Below, one piece after another: positions 7,905 through 16,901 of a stretch of DNA of 16,901 nucleotides. Within the stretch, counting starts at the first letter, position 1, and each line of letters begins with the position of its first letter. Location of the stretch: NCBI GenBank assembly GCA_963977445.1, contig CAXBPH010000146.1:1-16901 (forward strand). The letters run 5' to 3'. The position numbers and the translations under genes are program-made. The notes beneath the pieces were generated by a model. It was given only the letters and a program-made list of their open reading frames with translations, searched no databases and had not been told where the DNA came from. This DNA is from an uncultured bacterium (lineage in GTDB: Bacteria > Hydrogenedentota > Hydrogenedentia > Hydrogenedentales > JAEUWI01).

Positions 7905-7974
7905 CGGGGCAGTTTCTGGCCCAGTGTTGACGGTGCCTCAGGGCCGAGTCAGGGCGAAGTCAGCAACTGCCCCG
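7905..7974 (+). other. Long intergenic stem-loop with no U-tract
   Basis: CGGGGCAGTTTCTGGC (7905-7920) pairs with GTCAGCAACTGCCCCG (7959-7974); additional inner pairing TTGAC/GTCAG. Confidence 0.6.
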
Positions 7975-8143
7975 TGAATACGAATCGTGCGGGTATTTGT
8001 TTCCGCACCAACGCAGTCGCCTCTTTTGGGTGGCGTGGCGGTTGTCATTTGGGGTGCCTACGCCCAGCTTGACGTAGCCCTGTGAAATCGTCAGTATATC
8101 GAGATCAAATCAGTACCATTCTTAACCAGTTGGAGAGAGCATC

Positions 8144-9466
8144 ATGGCAAGAAAAGGGACACTGACCCGGAGGCGCTTTTTGCGCAACACCCTCGCTGCA
8201 TCAGCGGGCGTGGTCGGGTTTCCGTATATTATCCCATCGTCGGCCCTCGGGTTGGACGGACACATTGCACCGAGTAATCGGGTAACCATCGCCTCCATCG
8301 GCGTAGGCGGCCAGGGTAGCTACGATACCCGTGGACTCATGAACGTGCCCGAAGCGCAGGTCGTGGCCGTTTGTGACGTTGATACGAACCACCGAAATGC
8401 CGCGCAGAAGATGGTAGAAGACTTCTACACGGCCAAGACGGAAAAAGACTACAAGGGCTGCGCGACCTATAATGATTTCCGCGAAGTACTTGCCCGCGAC
8501 GATATCGACGCCATCATGTGCGCCACGCCTGATTTCTGGCATGGTGTCGTGAGTGTGGCCGCCGCCAAAGCCGGTAAAGATATCTACTGCGAAAAGCCGC
8601 TGGCCAATTCCATTCCCGAAAGTCGCGCCATCCTCGACGCCGTGACCAAATACCGTCGTGTTTTGCAGACCGGTAGCCACGAGCGCTCCCGCGATAATGC
8701 GCGCTATGCAGCAGAGCTGATTCGCAATGGTCGCATTGGCAAGTTGCACACCATTCGTGTGAATATGCCCATCGACAACCACGGTCCAATCGGCCCCCAA
8801 CCAGAAATGCCGATTCCCGAAGGTTTCGACTACAATTTCTGGCTCGGACCGGCACCAAGCGCGCCCTATACGGAAAAACGTTGTCACTTCTGGTTCCGCT
8901 ATATTCTCGACTACAGCGGTGGCGAAATGACCGACCGTGGTGCCCACATCCTCGATTTGGCCCAGTTGGGTCACGGCACGGATCACACCACGCCCATATC
9001 GATAGAAGGTACCGGCGATTTCCCGAAAGACGGCCTGTTCAACACGGCCATGGGCTACAGCTTCAAATTTGAATACGCCGATGGCGTCCAGTTGCTCGGC
9101 GAGAGTATTGGACCCCGTGGACTCAAGTTCGAAGGGGAAGACGGCTGGATTTTCATCCACGTCCATGGCGGCGACCTCGAAGCCAGTCAGGATTCCCTCC
9201 TTAAGGAAGTCATCGGACCGGATGAACTCCACCTGGGCCGTAGCCGCAGTCACCACGAAGACTTCGTGAACTGCGTCCTGACCCGGGGTGAGCCCAAAGC
9301 ACCCGCCTATGTGGGTCACCACACGGCGACCATGTGTCACATGGCCAACATCGCCATGCGCCGTGGTAAGAAACTGCAGTGGGATCCCGATGGCGAGCGA
9401 TTCCTCAATGATGATGAAGCCAACCGTATGATGCAGCCGACCCTTCGCGGTCCGTGGCACGTCTAA
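8144..9466 (+). CDS. Tat-exported Gfo/Idh/MocA family NAD(P)-dependent oxidoreductase
   Basis: Twin-arginine signal TRRRFL, Rossmann motif IGVGGQG, and ATPDFWH, YCEKPL, WLGPAP, DRGAHILD. GGAG RBS. Confidence 0.95.
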   Translation: MARKGTLTRRRFLRNTLAASAGVVGFPYIIPSSALGLDGHIAPSNRVTIASIGVGGQGSYDTRGLMNVPEAQVVAVCDVDTNHRNAAQKMVEDFYTAKTEKDYKGCATYNDFREVLARDDIDAIMCATPDFWHGVVSVAAAKAGKDIYCEKPLANSIPESRAILDAVTKYRRVLQTGSHERSRDNARYAAELIRNGRIGKLHTIRVNMPIDNHGPIGPQPEMPIPEGFDYNFWLGPAPSAPYTEKRCHFWFRYILDYSGGEMTDRGAHILDLAQLGHGTDHTTPISIEGTGDFPKDGLFNTAMGYSFKFEYADGVQLLGESIGPRGLKFEGEDGWIFIHVHGGDLEASQDSLLKEVIGPDELHLGRSRSHHEDFVNCVLTRGEPKAPAYVGHHTATMCHMANIAMRRGKKLQWDPDGERFLNDDEANRMMQPTLRGPWHV

Positions 9467-9491
9467 CCCCATTCTGAAAGGAGCAATAGAC

Positions 9492-12020
9492 ATGATTCGA
9501 ACGTTCTCTATTCGCGGGGTGATTTGCTGCGCGATGGTCGTGATGACCGCATCAGCCGTTTCGGCTCAATCCCTCGACGAGGCCCTTGCCGGGCTGAAGA
9601 CCTATAAATTTGGTGATTCGCGCCTGGCACTCGGTGTCGTGGAAGAAGCGGCCATCAATGCCCGCCACGATGCGGCGACTAAAGAAAAGCTGGAAGCAGC
9701 CTTTATCGCATTGCTCAAAACCGACGCCTCCATTGACGCCCGTCGTTTTGTGTGCCGTGAGCTGGAAGCCATGGGTAGCGGTGCCAGCGTAGAAACCCTT
9801 GCCGGTCTCATCGCTGAGGCAGACATCGCGGACTATGCGATCTGGGCGCTGATTGCGATTCCGGATGATAGCGCGTTGACTGCCCTGATGACGGCGGCCA
9901 GCGAAGGTCCCCAGACCCAGCGTGTCAACGTTATCCACGGCATTGCCCGTCGTGGCTCTGAAGATGCTGTAGCTGGCTTGATTACCTTGTCGGAAAGTCC
10001 CGACAAGGCCATCGCCGAAGCCGCGATTGCCGCACTCGGCAGCATCGGTGGAAAAGGCTGTGATCCTCTCGTGGTCGCCCTCAAAGCGAACGGTGGAAAA
10101 GCGGACAGCGTTCTGGCCGATGCTTGTCTTCAGTGTGGCGAGTGGATGCCCGAAGGACGTAGTGCAGACGCGTTGGCAATTTACGATACGCTCTACACGG
10201 CGGATAATCCCGGTCACATTCGTGCAGCGGCCCTGAGTGGGTTGGTTCGTTTGCAGCCGGAGAAAGCCGAGGAACTTGTGGTGAGTGCCATCGCCGATCC
10301 GGACCCGGATCTGGTGCTGGTCGCTTCCGGCTTCATCCGTGAATTGGGCGGCGAAGAGGCAACAGCTACCTTCGCAGGTATGCTGGCCGATGCCCCGGCC
10401 CAGAGTAAGATTCTCATCATCGACGCTCTGGCCTATCGTGGCGACACGGCGGCGCTGGGTGCTATCAGTGAAGCCGCCAACAGTGACGACGAAGCCGTCC
10501 AGCTGGCAGCATTGAGTGCCTTGGGTCGTTTGGGTAACCAGGATACGGCCTCCGTACTCGTGAACCTTGCGGCAACGAGCGGGGGAGAGGTGCAGCGCAC
10601 CGCCCGTGCCAGCCTGACGACCATTCCCGGTCAGCAGGTCAATGTCGCCATACTGCAGATTGCTCAGTCGGCGACCGGTGCTGCCCAACTGGAAGCCATC
10701 AATGCACTGGCAGGACGTCGGGCCATCCGCACCGTACCCGCCTTGCTTGAACTGGCCGCCCGTGACGATGCCGCAGTTCGTGCCGCATCACTTCAGTCAC
10801 TTCGCGTTCTCGCGGGTGAGGAAGATACGGCTGCCTTACTGAGTCTGCTGGACAATGCGCCTGACGATGAGCAACGTAAGAATGTCTCCCAGGCGTTGGT
10901 TGAGTTGGCCGGCCGCATTCGCAATGAAGACGCCCGGACGGCGCTGGCGCGAAAAGCTCTTGCTGATTCCGAAAATGAAGCAACCAAAGCCGCCCTCATC
11001 GGTGTCCTTGGTAAGATTGCGACCGACGATGCCTTGAATGTGGTTCGTCAGCAGTTGAGCGCGGACAGTGCAACGTTGAAGCTTGCTGCGGTGAACGCAC
11101 TGGCTGCCTGGCCCGATGCACGGCCCTTATCGGATCTCAAGACCATTGCGGCCGACAAGGGCGATGAAGGTGCCCGTGTGGTGGCCTTCGCCGGCTACAT
11201 TCGCCAATTACGTGCTTCGAAAGACATCAACGCAGCGTCAAAGCTGGAAGCATTCAAGGCGGCCGATACCCTGGCAAGCAACGAGCAAGAAAAGAAGCTG
11301 GTCGTGGCAGGGCTCTCGGAAGTGCCTTCCCTGGAAGCGATGCAATATGTAGAAGCCCGGCAGCAGGACCCGGCCGTGGCCGCAGAAGCGACCCAGGCCG
11401 TTATCCGTATTGCGGGTGATATCAGTGGCGCCTACCGCGACGAAGTGTCACGGCGCATGAATGCCTACATTCAGCAGGACACACCGGAGACGGTGAAGAA
11501 GCTGGCCCAGAACGTGCTCGATGGCATCGGCGGTCTCCAGGATTACCTGACCGCCTGGCAATTTGCCGGCCCTTATTTCCAAGCGGGTAAGCCTGCCTCC
11601 GCCCTGTTTGATATGCAGTTCAAGGCCGAGACCGACCCCGCTGGCGAAACTTGGTCAATCATGCCTATGGGCCTCGACCGTAACAATCCCTGGATCGTAT
11701 CTCTGGAACGGGGAATCGGTGGCGTGCAACGGGTTGTCTACCTGCGCACGACGATTACTTCCGAAAAAGCCCAGGAAGCCATCCTGGAATTCGGTAGTAA
11801 CGATGGGTGCAAAGTCTGGTGGAATGGAGAACTCATTGAAGCGCTCAATGTGGGACGTCCGTTGACTCCCAACCAGGACCAACTGCCCGTATCCCTGAAG
11901 GCCGGCGAAAACACGCTGGTTGCGGCTATCTACCAGCATGGTGGCGACTGGGCGGCGACCGCGCGCTTGCGTACCACCGATGGTCAGCCATTGGGTGGTA
12001 TTTCGCAGGCTGCCAAATAA
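9492..12020 (+). CDS. Secreted HEAT-repeat protein with a C-terminal beta-sandwich (galactose-binding/PA14-like) domain
   Basis: Sec-type signal peptide; many HEAT/PBS repeats (AAIAALGSIG, AALSALGRLG, AAVNALAAWPD); C-terminal WQFAGPY...VYLRTTI...GSNDGCKVWWNG...LKAGENTL. Starts 25 bp after the oxidoreductase, AAAGGAG RBS. Confidence 0.9.
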   Translation: MIRTFSIRGVICCAMVVMTASAVSAQSLDEALAGLKTYKFGDSRLALGVVEEAAINARHDAATKEKLEAAFIALLKTDASIDARRFVCRELEAMGSGASVETLAGLIAEADIADYAIWALIAIPDDSALTALMTAASEGPQTQRVNVIHGIARRGSEDAVAGLITLSESPDKAIAEAAIAALGSIGGKGCDPLVVALKANGGKADSVLADACLQCGEWMPEGRSADALAIYDTLYTADNPGHIRAAALSGLVRLQPEKAEELVVSAIADPDPDLVLVASGFIRELGGEEATATFAGMLADAPAQSKILIIDALAYRGDTAALGAISEAANSDDEAVQLAALSALGRLGNQDTASVLVNLAATSGGEVQRTARASLTTIPGQQVNVAILQIAQSATGAAQLEAINALAGRRAIRTVPALLELAARDDAAVRAASLQSLRVLAGEEDTAALLSLLDNAPDDEQRKNVSQALVELAGRIRNEDARTALARKALADSENEATKAALIGVLGKIATDDALNVVRQQLSADSATLKLAAVNALAAWPDARPLSDLKTIAADKGDEGARVVAFAGYIRQLRASKDINAASKLEAFKAADTLASNEQEKKLVVAGLSEVPSLEAMQYVEARQQDPAVAAEATQAVIRIAGDISGAYRDEVSRRMNAYIQQDTPETVKKLAQNVLDGIGGLQDYLTAWQFAGPYFQAGKPASALFDMQFKAETDPAGETWSIMPMGLDRNNPWIVSLERGIGGVQRVVYLRTTITSEKAQEAILEFGSNDGCKVWWNGELIEALNVGRPLTPNQDQLPVSLKAGENTLVAAIYQHGGDWAATARLRTTDGQPLGGISQAAK

Positions 12021-12044
12021 CAAGTGGCTGTTCGTTTAACGTGT

Positions 12045-12083
12045 ATCACTGCCGATCCCTTGGGGTCGGCAGTGATTTTTTTT
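12045..12083 (+). terminator. Rho-independent terminator
   Basis: Stem ATCACTGCCGATCC / GGGTCGGCAGTGAT followed by a T run, 24 bp after the HEAT gene stop. Confidence 0.9.
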
Positions 12084-12093
12084 ATGGAGTCGC

Positions 12094-12122
12094 TTGCGTA
12101 GAACGGGGATTTTTCATAGGAT
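12094..12122 (+). promoter_or_regulatory. Putative sigma70 promoter of the histidine kinase gene
   Basis: TTGCGT (12094-12099), 17 bp, TAGGAT (12117-12122), just downstream of the terminator. Confidence 0.45.
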
Positions 12123-12192
12123 AGAGTTGTACGCGGCATGCGCAGGTCGTGAAGGAGTCACCTGCCGGCCTTAAATCCCTATCGGAGAACGA

Positions 12193-15100
12193 ATGTACAA
12201 ATCTTGTCGCAGCGTTTCAGATCGGTGGCGATGGGTTTGGCTGGCGGTGTATACCATCTTCGGATTGAGCGCCACCTTCGCCCAAACGAGCCGGGAATTT
12301 AAATTGTATTCCACGGAGTCGGGGCCCGTACAGGCCGAAATTCGGGGCGTTATTGAGGCGGGCAATGGGGATGTCTGGGTGGCTAGCTGGGGCTCGGGGG
12401 TCTACCGTCTTCACGGAATGACGTCTAAACGATACCAGGAGTCCGATGGGTTTCCATCGAATTGGACTACGTCTATTGCAGAGGACGCCTCCGGGGCAAT
12501 CTGGTTGGGTACGGGAGACGGCCTGATTCGCTTTGACGAGGATGGCTATACGACCTATGCAGAGCGGGACCCGAACGGTATTCCTGATGAATTCGTAACC
12601 ACCATACTACAGGCTGCGGATGGTTCGTTGCTGCTTGGGACGGCCCGTGGCTATGTCCTGCGAATAAACCCGTTGAATCACACCGCAGCATCCCAATGGG
12701 AGATTTTGGCAAAAGAAGGAGAGCTCGGGGCATCGGGTATCAACGACCTCGTTGAATTGCCCGAAGGGGGCCTGGTGGTGTCGACCACGCGCCACGGCGT
12801 GTGGAGTGGGGGAAAAGGGTCGTGGCATACGATCTTGGACGGGGTCGACTGGTTGATGCTGGAGAGTCATGTCCAACCGGATGGCAGCAAGGAGGTTTGG
12901 GGTGTGCCCCGCCATGAGGACGCAGTGTACATCTATCGCGACGGTGTGTGGAGCGCTGTTGCCACGGCGAACGACGTCGGACTGAACGTATACTCGGGAT
13001 TGGATGGGCAGGTCTATCACCTCGGGGACAAGGGCGTGTGGGTGTATAGGGATAGCCTTTGGGCCCCCCTCGATTTCGGCCCGACCGTCGGTGCACCGAG
13101 AGTATTGTGCATGCTTACCGCCCGGGACGGCGCGGTTTGGCTGGGCACGATGTCGGGGCTGATTCGAGGCGCCCGTCGTGCCTGGACGGGGGACGTATTC
13201 GCCGATGATGGCAGCCGGGTAAACGTCCTCGTGCGTGATGTTCGCGGTCAGGCGACGTCCTTACGTGCGGTAACGGGCGCGGGTAATCTTGCCGAGTATG
13301 AGCACGGGGGATGGCGCTTTCTGGTCGGCCTTGCGGACGTTGAGGATGTTAAGGATTGGTGGGTTTTTCCTCCGTATACGACGCTTTGGGGGCGAAGGGA
13401 CAACGAGATTCTGGAGTATGCCTTGGGTGATGGGAGTTTAACACGTTCCTTCGCGACGCCGGATATCGATTGGAATGCAAAGCTTTACCAGACCGACGAC
13501 CGACGATTCTTCTATCTTAGTGACTTTGGCGTACATGAACGCGTAGGGGGGCAATGGATTCGCCGATTTTCTGACCCGGCGGATCCCAAAGCCGATTGTT
13601 ATGCGCTTAAGGAGGTCGGGGACGGACAATTCTACCTGGGTCGAATTGCAGGCCTGGAATTGTGGTCGGAAACAGAAAAACAAAAAGACATCATTTTCAA
13701 TCGCGCGGCGGATGTTCGTTCGATAGCGGAGATGGATAATGGGGCACTCTGGATAGGTACGTATGGCGTTGGTGCATTGCGACTGAATACGGATGGTACT
13801 GTTACAGAGTTTGGACCAGCGCAGGGGTTTTCCGCTACCCATGTGTCCTACGTGATGGAACAGGGCGACGGTACCTTGTGGTTGGCCCTCCGACAGTCGG
13901 GCGTGGCGTCTTATCGCGATGAGCGACTGTTGATGCATGGCTTCACCAACGGTCTCCCCTATGCGGGGGTGGAATACATGGCGGAGTCGGAAGATGGCGT
14001 GCTATGGGCAAGTACGGATGGCGAAGGGGTCTATGAATACCATGCAGATAGTTTGGGGCCCAATACGCGGATTGTTGTCCGCCCGGATAAAGTCGCCTTC
14101 AATGGAGTCGGGGTATTTTCCTTCGACGCATACGACGCATGGAATGACACCAACAGGGCGAACCTTCTGTATTCCTGGCGTGTCCTGGAAGGGGGGGGCG
14201 AGAATGAGGTGATGGGATGGTCCGTTCTTTCTCCCGTAACAACCATCGCATTGCCCGTGCTCGACCCGGGAAACTATGTTTTCGAGGTGCGCTCGGCCGA
14301 CGATCGTCGGAATTGGGATGAATTTCCCGCCCGTGCCGGTTTTAGTGTGAGCCTGCCCTTTTGGCGTCAGCCCGAGTTTTTGTTGCCGCTGGTCCTGCTG
14401 GCCATGATGACGGCGGTGGCCATCCTGGTTACCTACCGGATGCGCAGTAGTCGTGTTGCGGCGGAAAAGGAACGAGCGGAAAGCAATGAGCGCCTGGCAA
14501 CCTTAATCATGAACGTGCCCGGCTGTGTCTATAAAATGACCGGAGGACCTGGTTATCACCTTGTTTACCTCAGCCCGGCATTCACCGATATTGCGGGTGT
14601 TGACCCTGAATTGTACGTTCGGGAAAAGGCACCACGATGGCGTGATCTTGTCTATCCGGAAGACTGGCAAAACGTTGTCGAACCACAATTAAGCGCTCTT
14701 GCGCCCGGAGATTCCTATCGGCTTGAGTACCGTATTCATCTGGACGAAGGTCGGACCCATTGGGTTGTCGATCAAGGGCGAATGACGATGTCGGAAGGGG
14801 CAGCGGCTCCCTGGATAGACGGCATACTTCACGACGTTACGGAGCGAAAAAGCCTGGAAGATCAGCTCAGAGAATCGCAAAAGATGGAAGCCGTAGGCCA
14901 ATTGGCTGGCGGAGTCGCCCATGATTTTAACAACCTGCTGCAAGTTATCGTGGCACACTCCGATCTTTTGACCGCCCAATTGTCAGAGAACTCAGAACCT
15001 ATGTCCGACTTGATGGTGATTCAAAATTCCGCAGAGAAGGCCTCCGGATTGGTGAAGCAGCTACTGGCCTTTGGACGCCGACAGGTTATCCGGCTCGAAG

Positions 15101-15582
15101 CCCATGACCTGAACGCCATCGTGGAAGATGCCATGCAGATGTTTCGTCGCACAATCCCGAAAAACATTGAGGTTGACGTGGTTCCTGCCAACGGATTGCC
15201 ATTGGTACTTGCGGATGCCGGTCAAATCCAGCAGGTACTGGTAAATCTGGCAGTGAATGCACGCGATGCCATGCCCGATGGCGGGGCATTGGCCTTCAAG
15301 ACGGGTGCGGTGTCCTTCGACCACGAAGAGCGGGCTGCCCACACCTGGGCAACGGCAGACCGGTATGTATTCATTCAAGTTGCCGATACGGGCGTGGGGA
15401 TGGATGAGGAAACCCAACTGCAAATCTTCGAGCCTTTTTTTACGACCAAAGAAGTCGGACGAGGCACGGGCTTGGGCCTTTCCATGGTCTATGGGATCAT
15501 AAAACAGCACCAGGGCGGCATCGTGGTCGAAAGTACGTGTGGCGTTGGAACAGTCTTTTCTATTTACCTGCCCCTTGCCTGA
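12193..15582 (+). CDS. Sensor histidine kinase: regulator-propeller repeats, Y_Y_Y-like domain, TM helix, PAS, HisKA, HATPase
   Basis: Propeller repeats ([30 protein letters not shown]), [18 protein letters not shown] followed by a TM helix, PAS (VYPED...EYRI...DVTERK), H-box [11 protein letters not shown]-box [11 protein letters not shown] boxes DTGVGM and GTGLGL. Confidence 0.95.
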   Translation: MYKSCRSVSDRWRWVWLAVYTIFGLSATFAQTSREFKLYSTESGPVQAEIRGVIEAGNGDVWVASWGSGVYRLHGMTSKRYQESDGFPSNWTTSIAEDASGAIWLGTGDGLIRFDEDGYTTYAERDPNGIPDEFVTTILQAADGSLLLGTARGYVLRINPLNHTAASQWEILAKEGELGASGINDLVELPEGGLVVSTTRHGVWSGGKGSWHTILDGVDWLMLESHVQPDGSKEVWGVPRHEDAVYIYRDGVWSAVATANDVGLNVYSGLDGQVYHLGDKGVWVYRDSLWAPLDFGPTVGAPRVLCMLTARDGAVWLGTMSGLIRGARRAWTGDVFADDGSRVNVLVRDVRGQATSLRAVTGAGNLAEYEHGGWRFLVGLADVEDVKDWWVFPPYTTLWGRRDNEILEYALGDGSLTRSFATPDIDWNAKLYQTDDRRFFYLSDFGVHERVGGQWIRRFSDPADPKADCYALKEVGDGQFYLGRIAGLELWSETEKQKDIIFNRAADVRSIAEMDNGALWIGTYGVGALRLNTDGTVTEFGPAQGFSATHVSYVMEQGDGTLWLALRQSGVASYRDERLLMHGFTNGLPYAGVEYMAESEDGVLWASTDGEGVYEYHADSLGPNTRIVVRPDKVAFNGVGVFSFDAYDAWNDTNRANLLYSWRVLEGGGENEVMGWSVLSPVTTIALPVLDPGNYVFEVRSADDRRNWDEFPARAGFSVSLPFWRQPEFLLPLVLLAMMTAVAILVTYRMRSSRVAAEKERAESNERLATLIMNVPGCVYKMTGGPGYHLVYLSPAFTDIAGVDPELYVREKAPRWRDLVYPEDWQNVVEPQLSALAPGDSYRLEYRIHLDEGRTHWVVDQGRMTMSEGAAAPWIDGILHDVTERKSLEDQLRESQKMEAVGQLAGGVAHDFNNLLQVIVAHSDLLTAQLSENSEPMSDLMVIQNSAEKASGLVKQLLAFGRRQVIRLEAHDLNAIVEDAMQMFRRTIPKNIEVDVVPANGLPLVLADAGQIQQVLVNLAVNARDAMPDGGALAFKTGAVSFDHEERAAHTWATADRYVFIQVADTGVGMDEETQLQIFEPFFTTKEVGRGTGLGLSMVYGIIKQHQGGIVVESTCGVGTVFSIYLPLA

Positions 15583-15617
15583 TAGCTCGCCACGTTGAGG
15601 CTGCGTCGTAGGGCGAT

Positions 15618-15875
15618 TCAGGAATTGATCAGCTGGTCATACTCGGTGTGACTTCCAATCCAAAACCACAACAAGCCATCGTCTACCTCTATGGCCAGCG
15701 CTCGATTGTGGAGTCCGGCCCGCACACTCCAATAGAGACCAACCTTTTTGAAGCGGAGTCCTGGATGGCGTGGGTTTGATTTGAGTCGTTGGAAGCTACG
15801 TTTCGCCACGGTCTGTGTGGCCTCTGGGAGCGCATCGTAAGCGGCCCCAAAGGAGGGGCTGGCATAGTGCTTCAC
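15618..15875 (-). CDS. RelE/ParE-like type II toxin
   Basis: 85 aa, basic; F...Y..LP...Q..A...F..LK.NP.HP.L.FKKV...WSVR...RALA....WFWIGSH.EYD. The GTG start overlaps the antitoxin stop (GTGA). Confidence 0.8.
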   Translation of the reverse strand: MKHYASPSFGAAYDALPEATQTVAKRSFQRLKSNPRHPGLRFKKVGLYWSVRAGLHNRALAIEVDDGLLWFWIGSHTEYDQLINS

Positions 15876-16075
15876 AACTCGCGGGAACGTCCGGCTTGGT
15901 GATCCCGCAAGGCGGTTGCGGCGAGCGATTGAAGTTTGCCCGCGTTGGCGTCCACCTCAATTTGCTTGTCCCACGCATCGGAGTCGAATTCCGCATACCA
16001 GGCGCGAAACGCCTTGAGTTGCTCCGGGCCAAGTTTTTTTATGTCGCGTTCGATTTGTTCCAGTGCCTTAGACAT
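15872..16075 (-). CDS. Putative cognate antitoxin (67 aa)
   Basis: MSKALEQIERDIKKL...WYAEFDSDAWDKQIEVDANAGKL...; AGGAGG RBS before the ATG at 16075; translationally coupled to the toxin. Confidence 0.8.
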   Translation of the reverse strand: MSKALEQIERDIKKLGPEQLKAFRAWYAEFDSDAWDKQIEVDANAGKLQSLAATALRDHQAGRSREL

Positions 16076-16095
16076 AAGTAACCTCCTATGGAATA

Positions 16096-16124
16096 AGTAT
16101 ACCCTAAACTTTGCCTTCCCCCAA
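16096..16124 (-). promoter_or_regulatory. Putative promoter of the TA operon
   Basis: Minus strand TTGGGG, 17 bp, TATACT. The -35 lies inside the imperfect palindrome TTCCCCCAA-GCAGCA-TTCGGGGGGAA. Confidence 0.55.
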
Positions 16125-16168
16125 GCAGCATTCGGGGGGAAAACCCGCGGAAGGAGAGGGCAGCGTAA

Positions 16169-16345
16169 TAGCCACGAGCGGTCGGGCTTTCGCAGCCACG
16201 GACCCGTCATCGCCATCATCCGCCCGTAGAGCGTCACGAACGTTTTTCAGTCGCGAAGCGGCGAAATACCGTAGCCCAGCGGCGAGCGCCGCGAGTCCTG
16301 GGTAACGCGGCCCGAGCCCAATGAAGTCCCAACGGGGCGGCATAG
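16169..16345. repeat. REP-like multi-hairpin repeats next to the Y1 transposase
   Basis: Hairpins GTCGC-GAA-GCGGC (16250-16262), TAGCCCAG..GCGGC-GAGC-GCCGC..CTGGG (16272-16302) and GTCCC-AAC-GGGGC (16326-16338). A degenerate TAGCCACG...GGCT-TTCGC-AGCC...CCCGT unit lies at 16169-16207. Confidence 0.65.
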
Positions 16346-16364
16346 GCCCGCCGCGTACGCCAGT

Positions 16365-16817
16365 TTAATCCCAAATATACCGCGCGTCGTATTCCACCTC
16401 GTGGGCCTTCAGCAACCCCAGATACTCCGCCTTAAATGCGTAGTCGGCGTGATGGGCCTCCTGGTTCTTGACATATTGATAGACCCGTTCCTTCTGGCTG
16501 GCGCTCACCGTAAAGGCACCATAGCCCGCCTGCCAGGCGAAATCGGAGAGCCCTTGGTGCTGTCGGTGTATCCAGCCGGAACTGCTGGATTTTATTTCGG
16601 ACAAGACATTCTTGAGGGCGTGGTTCTGGCTCAACTTAACGAGTAGATGGACGTGGTCTTCCGTGCCATTGATGATGAGCGGGATGCCATCAACGCCCTG
16701 AACCGCGCCCGCAAGATAGCGATGAACCTCAGCACGTACGTCGGGTGTGAGGAAACCAACACGGCCCTTGGTAGAAAAGACGAGATGATAAATGAGGTTG
16801 CAGTGCGTCTGCGACAT
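16365..16817 (-). mobile_element. tnpA: IS200/IS605-family Y1 HUH transposase (RAYT-like TnpA)
   Basis: 150 aa; YHLVFSTKGR, HUH motif EDHVHLL, WQAGYGAF, catalytic Tyr helix YVKNQ. No tnpB downstream. Confidence 0.93.
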
Positions 16818-16901
16818 AGGGCTTGCCTTTCAAGTCTGCCATTGTAGGATAGTGGAGATAAAAGTCTACCGAGAAGTGAGGTGTATTTCCAGAGCGGGCC
16901 G

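Noticed and set aside
7905..7974. SRP RNA or tRNA
   Set aside because: Lacks the conserved SRP GGAA tetraloop helix and any cloverleaf or T-loop signature.
10124..10140. CLQCG as a heme c binding motif in the HEAT protein
   Set aside because: Lacks the His of CxxCH.
8201..10688. 430-aa and 378-aa minus-strand ORFs
   Set aside because: Antisense shadows of the oxidoreductase and HEAT genes.
16076..16237. N-terminal extension making a 121-aa antitoxin
   Set aside because: It runs through the promoter and repeats; the AGGAGG RBS supports the ATG at 16075.

Overview
GC-rich bacterial window; the gene content resembles Planctomycetota/Hydrogenedentota-type sugar degraders (inference only). Bases 1-15582 form a carbohydrate-metabolism neighbourhood: a 3'-truncated DegT/DnrJ PLP aminotransferase (absent from the ORF track), a DUF1330 protein, a secreted DUF6807 ('PmoA'-misnamed) protein divergent from a LacI repressor, a secreted GHL10-like TIM barrel, a secreted propeller-like protein, a divergent class I xylose-isomerase-family enzyme whose promoter is overlapped by a perfect LacI-type palindrome, a Tat-exported Gfo/Idh/MocA dehydrogenase coupled to a secreted HEAT-repeat/beta-sandwich protein, and a propeller-PAS histidine kinase with no receiver domain. 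The right end holds a type II toxin-antitoxin pair and a Y1 (IS200/RAYT-like) transposase with hairpin repeats. Three intergenic regions carry unrelated REP/REPIN-like inverted repeats. Best leads: the isomerase with a remodelled active site (possibly D-apiose rather than xylose), the exported dehydrogenase/HEAT pair, and the several distinct REP-like families.
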